Source: Opitutales bacterium
GTDB taxonomy: Bacteria; Verrucomicrobiota; Verrucomicrobiia; Opitutales; UBA2987
DNA: 64,000 bases
Direction: 5' to 3'
Assembly (NCBI GenBank): GCA_965226885.1
Contig: CBDDEL010000010.1
Location: 366,258-430,257, forward strand
This document shows positions 22,277-32,081 of this stretch, in pieces. Within the stretch, counting starts at the first letter, position 1; each line of letters starts with the position of its first letter. The notes under the pieces are model-generated. The model searched no databases. It had not been told where the DNA came from and was given only the letters and a program-made list of their open reading frames with translations. The position numbers and the translations under genes are program-made.

Positions 22277-23780
22277 AAAGCCCCTCCTGGAATCTTGAGC
22301 AGTTCGCTGTAGGCACCGAGGTCAGGGGCGGCCACACGGACGTGACGCAGGTGTGGATGGCCGTCCCCAGCCGGAAGGTTCTGCTCCCGTAGTCTTCCTG
22401 AGGATAGAGATACTGGGCGATGGCCTCACGAGTCAGTCCCCCCACCCGCAGGGCCGAGACGACGGCCTGCTGCAAGGCCGCCATGGGGTGTTTCTCCAAC
22501 AGCCGCAGCACCCGGATATACTCCCGGGTGCCTTCGCCCCCGCATTGGCTTTCGAGCCGGCGTCTGAGGACCTGCAGGCACTGCGGCAACTGCCAGCCCG
22601 AGAGTGGGCGGGCGAAGTCCAAAGCGCCCGGTTTTTTCTCCAGCAAAGCCAGGTAGTGCACCGGCTCGAAAGAGACTTGCTCTTTATCCCAAATGCGGCG
22701 GTGCCGGGCCACCTCTTGGCCCCCACAGAAGATCATCACCTGCCGACAGGACCCTTCCACCACCACCGGATGGTGGGCGCAGCGCACCGGCACCGAATAG
22801 TCGTTGCACTCGAAGCGCACCAGCGAGAGGCTGCTGACGCAGGTCGAGCGTTTGCGGCTCGCTTCAAAGGGTATGGGCGGCAACGCCAGCATGACGGCGC
22901 GCTCCTCGGCCAGCAGTTCCTTTTTCACCGCCCTTTTCCCGCGTAATTTACGCTCCATGTCCCGCTCACATGCCTCCAACAGCTTTGCGTTGAGTTCCTC
23001 CAGGTCCCGAACCTGCGGTACCGGTACCAGGAAGTTGGCCCGGGCATAACGCACGATCCCCTCGACCACGCCCTTCTCGTTGGGCCGGGCGGGCAGACAG
23101 AAGTGTTCCTCGAACAGGTAATGGCTCTGTAGCTGCAGAAACCCGTCGGTCAGCTTGCGTTCACGCGAACCGATAATCTTACCCACCGCCACCTTCGAGT
23201 TGTCATAGCTGATGCGCCGGGGCACCGCCCCGAAAAACTCAAAAGCTCGCAGGTGCCCCTCCCAGAAGCTCTCCGTGCACTCCCGTTCGAACACCTGCAC
23301 GAAAAAGGCATCGCTGTAGGGCAGGCTCATGGCAAAAAATGGCCGCCTACGCAATTGCCCCGCCTCCTTCACCAGGGCATGACCGAAGTCCACCTGTCCC
23401 TCCCCGGGGCGGTGCTCCAGCGGCACGAACACTTCCCGCCGCCTCGCTCGCAGCTCGGCCACCACCTCCTTGACCGCCGTGTAGCCCCCTTGGTAGCCCT
23501 TCTCCCGACCCAAACGCTGGTAGATCCGTTTGGCCGTATGGCGCTGCTTCTTGGGCACGTTCCGGTCCGCTTTGAGCACCTCCTCGATCCAGCCCACATA
23601 CGGATCGATCTTGCGCTCTCGCCTCTTCTTGCGCCGGTATCCCGGCGGCTGGGAATAGGCCAGCATCTTTCCCAGGGTCTCCCAGTGCAGTCCCTCTTCT
23701 CGCATTACAGAGCGCTTGCTCTGCTTGTCCCGCAGCACTTTGTGCCGCACTCTTGTCCATTGCTTCATATCTCGATACAC
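22273..23780 (-). pseudogene. istA: IS21 transposase with a 2-bp insertion near its 3' end
   Basis: CCGTCCCCAG at about 22361-22370 versus CCGTCCAG in copy 1; reads through to 554 aa. Confidence 0.85.
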
Positions 23781-23894
23781 TCCTCCTTTCTAGGATAAGC
23801 GTACCGGTTTTAAAGCGCCCTCTTTACCGTACCGGTTTTTCCCCGGCGTTTACAACCCCGCTCGCAAGCCTTCAAAAAGGAGGGCTCGGGTACG

Positions 23895-24860
23895 ATGACA
23901 TTGACACCACTTCAACCGGAGCGACCCACGGCATACCGCTTTTGCAACTGGGATCGCGATTTCGAGAACTCAAGCAGCCGCAAGGTCGATAATGCACAGT
24001 GGGTGCGAGCGTCCAACAACCACGAAAACCGCCAATATCTGACGATAGCCCGTCAGGAGAACGCAGTTGAGCTCATTGGTGCCAAGGAGTTATTGGCTCA
24101 GGCGGGATCGAAAATGCAGGAACGCGGACTTTTCGTGGATCAATCGGGGCCGTTAATCGCAGAGGACATCGCTCAAATGGTAAGAATGCCAACTGAACCG
24201 ATAGAGAGAGCCTTGGAATTTTTCTCAAATCCGTCCGTTGGATTGATCGAGAAAATCCCCTGTCCAAAGCAACTGAATCTTTCTGGTCGGCAGGGCGATG
24301 GAGTAAACACGCTTCCTGTTAATTTGCCAGGTGAAACACGCCCCGATGGGATAGTATCCCACCCAGCCGGGATAGCATCCCGCGCAGGTGGGCCAGAAAG
24401 GAAAAGAAAGAGTGCACCGGCTGGCACCGGCTCAGACTCACAAAGTTCTTCAAAATATAAAAAAACTTCAGCTTCTAATCAAAAGCCATTCCAAAAGCCC
24501 ACCCAGCAGGAGTGGTTGGCTTATATGGCTTCGATCCTGGTACCCTCTCAAGCGGCTGAGAAGGCGTTCCACCACTACGAGGCTGTGGGCTGGACGGTGG
24601 GCCGCAATAACCGCCCCATGATGGATTGGAAGGCGGCGGCGCAGACTATCAAATGCAATCACATCAAAGAGGGTGGGACGCTTCTGGGCGATGGCCCTAC
24701 CCATAAGGAGCCGGATGGCTGGCGGGAGTGGTATGTGAAGACATACCCGCCAGACAAGTACCCCGTACAACCTCGCTACGAAACCAGAACATGGGCGGAT
24801 TTGCCGGATTTTATGCGGGATGAGTTTTTTGCAAAGCAGAAAAAGGAGGATGCAGCGTGA
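23895..24860 (+). CDS. Phage-type replication initiator-like protein (5' end possibly clipped by IS21)
   Basis: KPT..EW..AEKAFHHYEAVGW.VGR..PMMDWKAAA C-terminal motif typical of phage replisome organisers; overlaps dnaB. Confidence 0.65.
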   Translation: MTLTPLQPERPTAYRFCNWDRDFENSSSRKVDNAQWVRASNNHENRQYLTIARQENAVELIGAKELLAQAGSKMQERGLFVDQSGPLIAEDIAQMVRMPTEPIERALEFFSNPSVGLIEKIPCPKQLNLSGRQGDGVNTLPVNLPGETRPDGIVSHPAGIASRAGGPERKRKSAPAGTGSDSQSSSKYKKTSASNQKPFQKPTQQEWLAYMASILVPSQAAEKAFHHYEAVGWTVGRNNRPMMDWKAAAQTIKCNHIKEGGTLLGDGPTHKEPDGWREWYVKTYPPDKYPVQPRYETRTWADLPDFMRDEFFAKQKKEDAA

Positions 24861-26203
24861 TGGCCGGAATAGATGGGACGGTTGTGCCGTCCAACGTTGA
24901 CGCAGAGGCGGGCTTGCTTGGATGCTGCCTGCTTGAGGAGGGGGAGGAGGTGCTCGCTAAATGCATGGTGGCGCGGCTAACTCCCGATGATTTTTTCAAA
25001 CCGGGCCACCAGATGATTTTCAAGGCTCTTTGCAGCCTCCACCAAAAAAACGTCCCGCCAGATGAAATTACCCTCGCTGATGAATTGCAGAGAATGGGGC
25101 AATTAGAGGAAGCCGGGGGATACCCTGAGATGGCCAATCTTACCAGCCAAATCGATACTACGGCCCATTCCAAACACTGGCTGGACATTGTGAAGGAAAA
25201 GGCCACCAGGCGCAGCATCATCAAGGCAGGCACCATACTTGTTGAAAATGCCAGGCAAAACCATGAGGATATTCAATCCGTCCTGGACAGCGCCGAAAAA
25301 ACCATATTCGCCCTTTCGAGGGATCAGGTTTCAAACTCGGCCCGGCACGTATCCAGCGTTGTCGATGACTTCAAGCAATCGCTGGCGCAGGAGGCGAATG
25401 TGCTTCATGGGCTCCACACTGGCTTCCTTGATCTGGATACAAAGACTTCCGGCCTCCACGCCGGGGAAATGAACGTCCTGGCCGCCCGGACATCAATCGG
25501 CAAAACAGCATTGGCTCTAAATATCGCCGCGAATGTGGTATTGCCCAAATCAGGAGGAAACGGTCAAGGGGTTTTGATATTCTCACTGGAAATGTCCAGC
25601 GAGCAACTCATCCAGCGAATGGTTTGCAGCCGTGCATCAATCAACCTGGCAAAGTTGCGTCAAGGGTATCTCAAACAAGAGGATCGGGAGAAACTGGATT
25701 ATACAGCCGATGAAATCCATGCCGCGCCCCTTTGGATTGATGATACGGCGTCGATGAACATTCTGGAACTGAGGGCTAAGGCTAGGCGCATGGTCGCCCA
25801 GCATAGCGAGATCAGCCTAATTATTCTCGACTACTTACAGTTGGTAAGCGGAACGGATCGACGTGTTTCCCGCGAGCAGCAGGTATCAGAAATCTCCGGC
25901 GGACTCAAGGCTTTGGCCAAGGAATTGAAGATGCCGGTTCTTGTTCTCAGCCAATTGAACCGATCCTTAGAAACAAACAGCCGCCAACCGCGCCTGTCTG
26001 ATCTCCGAGAGTCCGGGGCCATCGAGCAGGATGCCGACGTTGTGCTGCTCATGTCGAAACCCGCCAATCAAGGAGAGGCATACGCGGCTGTAGAAACGGT
26101 TGATCTGAACATTGCCAAACAGCGAAATGGGCCTGTGGGCCATGTGCGCCTGGCATTTCAACCGCAATTCACCCGGTTCGAGAATTTCCAATCAGAGGGA
26201 TAG
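24857..26203 (+). CDS. dnaB: Replicative DNA helicase, phage-associated
   Basis: LAARTSIGKT, IFSLEMS, LDYLQL, LSQLNR, LSDLRESGAIEQDAD, AKQRNGP. Confidence 0.95.
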   Translation: MMAGIDGTVVPSNVDAEAGLLGCCLLEEGEEVLAKCMVARLTPDDFFKPGHQMIFKALCSLHQKNVPPDEITLADELQRMGQLEEAGGYPEMANLTSQIDTTAHSKHWLDIVKEKATRRSIIKAGTILVENARQNHEDIQSVLDSAEKTIFALSRDQVSNSARHVSSVVDDFKQSLAQEANVLHGLHTGFLDLDTKTSGLHAGEMNVLAARTSIGKTALALNIAANVVLPKSGGNGQGVLIFSLEMSSEQLIQRMVCSRASINLAKLRQGYLKQEDREKLDYTADEIHAAPLWIDDTASMNILELRAKARRMVAQHSEISLIILDYLQLVSGTDRRVSREQQVSEISGGLKALAKELKMPVLVLSQLNRSLETNSRQPRLSDLRESGAIEQDADVVLLMSKPANQGEAYAAVETVDLNIAKQRNGPVGHVRLAFQPQFTRFENFQSEG

Positions 26204-26205
26204 CA

Positions 26206-26562
26206 TTGATAATTATGCATGAATTAGAAAAAACGACGCAAGCCGGTGGGATCGTTCCACTGCCAAAAGTGATCCGTAAACAGGGGTTTACCCTGACTCA
26301 GACATGGCGGAAGGGGACCGTAGCTATTTTTGAACAGATGAAACCCGGATGGGCCAAGCCGGGATATGAGGTAATTATCATTCGGGTAGGGAAAGGCCAT
26401 TATTTGGGCGACCAAAAGGATACCCTAATGGAGCGGTACCCTACCAACAATGAATGGGGCAAGTATGGCTGGACCCATCCCAATGAAGAAAGTGCCAAAA
26501 TTGCGGCCAACAATGCTTATCGGGAAGAATTGCTAAATCGGGAGGGCAAGAGTGCTGCGTAA
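26206..26562 (+). CDS. Hypothetical phage-like protein
   Basis: Directly follows dnaB; ERYPTNNEWGKYGWT segment. Confidence 0.65.
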   Translation: MIIMHELEKTTQAGGIVPLPKVIRKQGFTLTQTWRKGTVAIFEQMKPGWAKPGYEVIIIRVGKGHYLGDQKDTLMERYPTNNEWGKYGWTHPNEESAKIAANNAYREELLNREGKSAA

Positions 26563-26736
26563 AGGTATCAGGAAGGTCTTACTGTACGTCCGAAAACGGG
26601 AGGTTGGGGGTAAATAGGTATCAGAGTGCCACTTTTTCAGAAATTCGATGTTTTCAGCATGAATTTCACATTCATACCTGTGGACATGGATTCAGAATTA
26701 GAACCAGTACGTTTTCTTCAAATTACATACAATATT

Positions 26737-26799
26737 GGGGGCGAAGGATTTCGATGGCGCAGCAGTGACCGGATGGCGGTTCGATTCCGCCCGCCTCCA
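26737..26799 (+). ncRNA. tmRNA tRNA-like-domain-only RNA (mini-tmRNA)
   Basis: Acceptor GGGGGCG/CGCCTCC+A with G3:U70; stemless D-loop AAGGATTTCGA; short helix 2 capped by AGCA; GAT linker; T-arm GGCGG-TTCGATT-CCGCC; no tag ORF. Confidence 0.78.
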
Positions 26800-26818
26800 G
26801 CAAATCAAAGGAAAAAAC

Positions 26819-27022
26819 ATGAGCAAATGGAAAAAAGTCAAGGAACGCCTGGAAGACCTTCTCGACGCACCTGATGCAAAGATAACGAAGGGCAAAGCGG
26901 CCAAAAGGCTGGGGATGTCCCACCGTGCCCTCCATTTCTACCTGTGGAATGGAACATCGACTCCAAACTACGACCTTGGATGCGAATTTCTGAGGCTGGC
27001 CAAATCGCTTGAGGACAAATAA
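26819..27022 (+). CDS. Small Cro/XRE-like HTH protein (67 aa)
   Basis: AAAGGA RBS; ITKGKAAKRLGMSHRALHFYL..GTSTP HTH pattern. Confidence 0.7.
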   Translation: MSKWKKVKERLEDLLDAPDAKITKGKAAKRLGMSHRALHFYLWNGTSTPNYDLGCEFLRLAKSLEDK

Positions 27023-27231
27023 TATAAACAACTGGACCAACTGGTGGACCAAGGCCCAGCCCAATAGAAAGGAGGGAAACCATGACTGATATTATCACAA
27101 TATCCCTTTTGATGTACCGGGAAGGAAGGAACCGAATCCATCCTAAACCACATGTTGAATCTAATTTATTATGTAAAATTTTACAAATAACAATTCAAAC
27201 AATTTAAGGGAGATAAAACTATATGAATAAT

Positions 27232-28561
27232 CACTAGTGTCCAGTTAAGCGGCCAGTCTAAAGTCGTATTTCGTTGATGATGTGTTTGTTGAGTAGCCAC
27301 ATGGATGTGACGCATTTGAAGTTAGCTGGCGCTTTCCGCACCCTTTTTGAGACTGGGCAGCATGAACGAAGGCCGCCTTGCATTCACGCAGGCGATGGAT
27401 TTGCTCCATCGCGAACAGTTCGAACGCTGCGTTAGTCTTTATCCCATGCCAAGAACCAGTCGTAGTTTCAGTGCCCGTGATCAGTTCTTGAGCATGGCCT
27501 TTGCGCAAATGACATTCCGTGAGAGTTTGCGTGACATCGAGGCGTGTCTGCGGGGAAGTCCTCACTTGTATGCGATGGGAATCCGGGGCAATGTGACACG
27601 CACGAACTTGGCCTACGCCAACGAGCATCGCAACTGGCGCCTTTACGAAGCATTGGCTCAAGTGCTCATCGCCAAGGCGCGCCGTTTGTATGCCCAAGAC
27701 GCGATTGGATTGAATGTAGACGAGATGGTTTATGCCCTGGATGCCTCGACCATAGACCTGTGCCTGTCGTTGTTTTCGTGGGCAACATTTCGCCGCACCA
27801 AGGCGGCCATCAAACTGCATACGATGATGGACTTGCGTGGCTCCATCCCTATATTCATCAGTATTACAGACGCAAGCGTGCATGACGTGAACATCCTTGA
27901 TGAACTGGCTTTTGAACCCGCAAGCATTTACGTAATGGATCGTGGTTACGTCGATTTTCAGCGGCTCTTTCGCATCCATTTGGCTGCTGCCTTCTTCGTC
28001 ACCCGCGCCAAAAGCAATATGAGTTTTACGTTAGTGCTTCCCAACCCGTGGACCGATCCAGCGGAATCAGTTGCGACCAGATCATCGGATTGAAAGTCGC
28101 CAAAAGCAAAAGCCAATACCCCGGCAAGCTCCGGCGCATTCGCTACCGCGATGGCGCAACTGGCCAGAGGCTGGTCTTCCTCACCAACAACTTCACCTTG
28201 CCCGCCTTGACTATCGCGGCCATTTACAAAAGCCGCTGGCGCATTGAGCTGTTCTGCTGGCGCATTGAGCTGTTCTTTAAGTGGATCAAGCAAAACCTCC
28301 GCATCAAGGCTTTCTACGGCACCACCGAAAACGCCGTGAAGACCCAAATTTGGGTAGCCATATGCGTTTATCTCATGGTCGCCTGTTTGAAAAAAGTGCA
28401 TGGAGTCACTGAAAGTCTGAGTCGGATTCTGCAAGTTTTGAGTGTGAACGTCTTTCAAAAAGATCCTGTATATCAACTACTTGCAAAGTTCGAAACAAGA
28501 AAGCCAAACTTAGCATTACACAACCAGTTGATGCTCAAGGGCTTTTAACTGGACACTAGTG
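27232..28561 (+). mobile_element. IS4-family element
   Basis: 17-bp IRs CACTAGTGTCCAGTTAA; 9-bp TSD ATGAATAAT. Confidence 0.92.
27362..28548 (+). pseudogene. IS4 transposase, frameshifted near 28030-28050, with a 21-bp duplication
   Basis: LDASTIDL, KLH, VMDRGY in one frame; YKSRWRIELFFKWIKQ in the next. Confidence 0.88.
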
Positions 28562-29509
28562 ATGAATAATATTTGATGTGATTTTAGATATCATTGGTAT
28601 ACAATGGGTTGAGAATTATCGCAAATTATTTAATATTCCGATTTATACCGATTTAAATGCCCTTCGATCGCGAGTACCCTAGCCCGGATATTTCGTAAAA
28701 AAAGTATCGTTGATATGCTTAACTGCTGATATACAGCAGGATAGATCAATAATTAAAGCAATATCAGCGATGACAAAAGGTAAACAATTAAAGCTACAGT
28801 TGACAAGGGTAAAAGGCCGCCGTGTGCGGGTTGATTTCAAGGGCGGAGAGGTTACTTCGGATGCCGGACTGCTTTTGATCCGGGAAGTGGATCGGCAGTT
28901 GGGCTTGACCGAACGAGCGGCCCGACAGTTAGTGGACAAACGGCAGAAGGGCAAAGTACGCCATGAGGTATTGGGGATGCTGCGGCAGCGCGTTTACGGG
29001 CTGGTGGCGGGCTATGAGGATTTGAACGACTTTGATACCCTGCGCCACGATCCATTGTTGCAAACGGTAACGGGGCGCATTGAAACGTTGGCCAGCGCGC
29101 CGACTTTGTGTCGTTTTGAAAACGGGCAGGATCGGCGGGCGGCCTTTGCGGTAAACGAGCTGTTGGTCGAACAGTTCATGGGCTCCTTTGCCGAGGAACC
29201 CGAAGAGATCATCCTGGACTTTGACGCCACCGACAATCCGGTGCACGGGCTCCAGGAGGGACGTTTTTTCCACGGTTATTATGATCATTACTGTTTTCTG
29301 CCGCTATATGTTTTTTGCGGTGATCAGCTGCTGGTGGCCTACCTGCGGCCGAGCAAGATCGATGCCAGCAAGCATGCCGGGGCCATCCTCAAATTGCTGG
29401 TTAAACGGATTCGCCAAAGCTGGCCCCGTACGCGGATTATTTGGCGCGCCGACAGTGGATTTTGTCGAGACCGGATACCCTCTTGGTGCGACCGCAACGA
29501 AGTTAGTTA

Positions 29510-31335
29510 GAGGCTGTCCCAAAAGGGTGATTTTTGCGAGGGCTTTTGATAGGCGCTCATTTTAGAGGTATTTGCATTTGGGAGAGTATCAACTTTGCTC
29601 TCCTATGACGTTAGGATACTGGTTTTGGGGTCCGGTTGCCTGGTTTTCTTTGTATGAGCCGACAGTACGGCTGTGAAAAAGTATTGTCCTTGCTTTTCCG
29701 CTCTCTAGGCCGCCGCTTTGGTTTTTAGTTCGTCTTGCTGGGCCAGCATCTTGGCTACTTTCCATAGGTTGTGCGAGAGTACCGACCAGGCTACGCTGAT
29801 CGAGCGGTTGGCAAAGCCTTTGCTGCGCAACCGCCCGGCCTGCCAGCGATTCTTCAATACCCCGATCCGCCCTTCGGTGCTGGCCCGGCGCTTTTGCAAT
29901 TGTCTGAACAGTGGTTCCTCCATCCGTTTTTTCAACTGCTTCGGATCGCGTGGACAGAGCGCGTCGTAGATTCCCTCCTGGGCTAACTGCCGGCGGGCCC
30001 GCTGGGAGGCAAATCCCCGGTCCGCGCACATGGCCGCTATGGGTTCTTCCAGGTTGAAGCGGTTCTGTCTTTGCAAACTCTCTTGCATTTGTTCATTTTC
30101 GCTTGGAGTTCGGCTGCCGTAGAGTTTCCAGTCCAGCAGGTACCCTTCAACGCTTTCTCCCAAAAACAGGGTGTTGCCGAACTCGACCTCTTGGCCCGCT
30201 TTACCTCGCACAATCACCTGCCCATCGAGTTCGTAAACACTCAAGACTTTCTCTGCGTTTTTCACCTGGCGGCCGCCAATGATCCGCTCGTGCGCCTGTT
30301 TGATGACCACCGGGATTTGCTCGCTCATGCGCTCCATCCGGGCGAGGATCTGTTGGACCTGTTTTTCGCTGTAATCGCTTTGCTCCCAGCAGGCTTGCAA
30401 TAATTCCCGGTGACTGCGGGCATGCTCCCCGATCCGTTTGAGCAGCTTTTTCATCTGCCTCAAGATACCCTTGCGCTGCCGCGCGCTGTCCTTTCGCCGC
30501 CGGCTGTGAGTCCTGTGAGTCATCTGTATGCACAGCCGATTCATCTGCCGAGCCAAGGGCTCCGGTTCGATCGGCATGCGATGGCGCAAACCGGCCTTCT
30601 CGCGGATCAGCCGGATCGCTTTGAGCAACGTGCCGGCTACATCCTTGAGTAATACCCAGTCCGTCGGCCAATGAATGTTAGCCTCCAAACAGGTGCCGTC
30701 GATCAGGCAAATGGTGGTGTCAATCGGCTTGTCCAATCCCACCTGCCGGGCCAGAAGGGCATCGCCCACCACCTCAGTCAAGGTCCGGTGCAAGGCCCTC
30801 AACTGCTCTTCGCTGAAAAACTTCGAGGCCCGCTCCAGGGTGCTTTTGGAGATGCCCCTGATGCCATCGATCTGCCGGACACGGCAAAAGTCGGCCAACA
30901 GATCGCTGCTGCCCAGAGCCCGCGACAAATGCCGAAACGAAATCCCTCCGAGCAGACGGCCCAGCGTATCCATGCGCAGTGCCTTGATGGCAAAACTGGC
31001 CCGCTGCCGCCGGGCCTTTAGACCCATTGGCGGCCACCCCTCCAAGGCCAGCTCAATGGCCTGCGATTCCACCTCCGAGTCGATCAGCAGCCGATCGATT
31101 CGATCAATGGTGGCGCGGAAGTTATCGTAATCGAGGCACCGGTCGACCACAGTTAAAGCTGGACGCAGGAGGCATTGGATGGCTATATTTTTCATAGAAA
31201 GGGCTATATTGATTTTCGCTAACTCAATTATAGAACCCTTTTTTGGCCGGATCGAGCAAAAACTTGCTCTTTCCGGCTCTTTTTATCAACGTCATCCAGT
31301 TGACTATAAAATCTTTATATTTTTGGGACAGCCTC
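29510..31335 (-). mobile_element. ISA copy nested in IS1380-A
   Basis: IRs as copy 1; TSD TAGTTA. Confidence 0.92.
29705..31195 (-). CDS. ISA transposase (9-bp in-frame duplication)
   Basis: Near-identical to 1180-2679; MTHRTHS insertion. Confidence 0.9.
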   Translation of the reverse strand: MKNIAIQCLLRPALTVVDRCLDYDNFRATIDRIDRLLIDSEVESQAIELALEGWPPMGLKARRQRASFAIKALRMDTLGRLLGGISFRHLSRALGSSDLLADFCRVRQIDGIRGISKSTLERASKFFSEEQLRALHRTLTEVVGDALLARQVGLDKPIDTTICLIDGTCLEANIHWPTDWVLLKDVAGTLLKAIRLIREKAGLRHRMPIEPEPLARQMNRLCIQMTHRTHSRRRKDSARQRKGILRQMKKLLKRIGEHARSHRELLQACWEQSDYSEKQVQQILARMERMSEQIPVVIKQAHERIIGGRQVKNAEKVLSVYELDGQVIVRGKAGQEVEFGNTLFLGESVEGYLLDWKLYGSRTPSENEQMQESLQRQNRFNLEEPIAAMCADRGFASQRARRQLAQEGIYDALCPRDPKQLKKRMEEPLFRQLQKRRASTEGRIGVLKNRWQAGRLRSKGFANRSISVAWSVLSHNLWKVAKMLAQQDELKTKAAA

Positions 31336-32081
31336 TAGTTACATCGTGGGGATGGCTCGCAATGCACGCTTGCAGCAAGACGCCCAGCAGTTGCAAAAGC
31401 AGGCCAAAGAATGGTTCGAACTAAGGGGTAAAAAACAACGGTTATTCCAGGACTTCGTCTATGCTGCCGATTCGTGGCGATGGCTGCGGTTGGTCATCCA
31501 TAAAGCCGAACACACCGCACAGGGGTCCAACCCGCGCTTCGTGGTGACGAACCTGCCGGGCGATCCCCAGGAGCTTTACGACAAGGTATACTGTGGCCGC
31601 GGTGAAATGGAGAACCGAATCAAGGAACAGATGCAATTGTTCAGCGAGCGCACCAGCGCCCATCAATGGTGGGCCAATCAGTGGCGATTGCTCTTGTCGG
31701 CGCTGGCCTACACCTTGATGGAAGCCATGCGCCGGTTAGCCTTAAAAGGGACGAAGTGGGCGCGGGCCCAATGCCACACCCTGCGGCTCAAATTAATCAA
31801 GATCGGAGCGGTCATCGTGCGCAACACCCGAACGATTCACTTTCACCTAAGTGAGAGTTATCCTTGGGCCAGTCTTTTCAACCATGCGGCCCGCCGATTG
31901 GTGCCAACCTAAAGGGTGCATTGGTGCTGCCCCCGGCACTACCGAACCAATGGGGGAAAGGGGGCAGTGTCTCTACACCCTGAAAAACACCTAAAAATCA
32001 AGACGATCTGCTCAAAATACAAAGAAATCCATCTCCAATAGCAATAACGAGCCAAACTTTACCCTTCATGAAATATCCGGG

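Larger units (their letters stand above)
21336..23854 (-). mobile_element. IS21-family element, copy 2
   Basis: Same IRs as copy 1; no TSD. Confidence 0.92.
28683..32081 (+). mobile_element. IS1380-A interrupted by ISA
   Basis: Both IRs flanked by CTAG; transposase split into 28710-29509 and 31336-31912. Confidence 0.92.

Noticed and set aside
24857..26203. Host chromosomal dnaB locus
   Set aside because: Coupled to a phage-type initiator with no housekeeping neighbours; not fully excluded without the genome.
26737..26802. Ordinary tRNA-Ala, or a permuted two-piece tmRNA
   Set aside because: No D-stem and no 7-nt anticodon loop (the AGC in the 4-nt loop is probably chance); the 5' half precedes the 3' half, unlike permuted genes; no tag ORF seen.
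26626..27064. ORFs 26626-26874, 26698-26904, 26723-27064 and the extended 26735 start
   Set aside because: They overlap the RNA and the HTH gene; the RBS supports ATG 26819.
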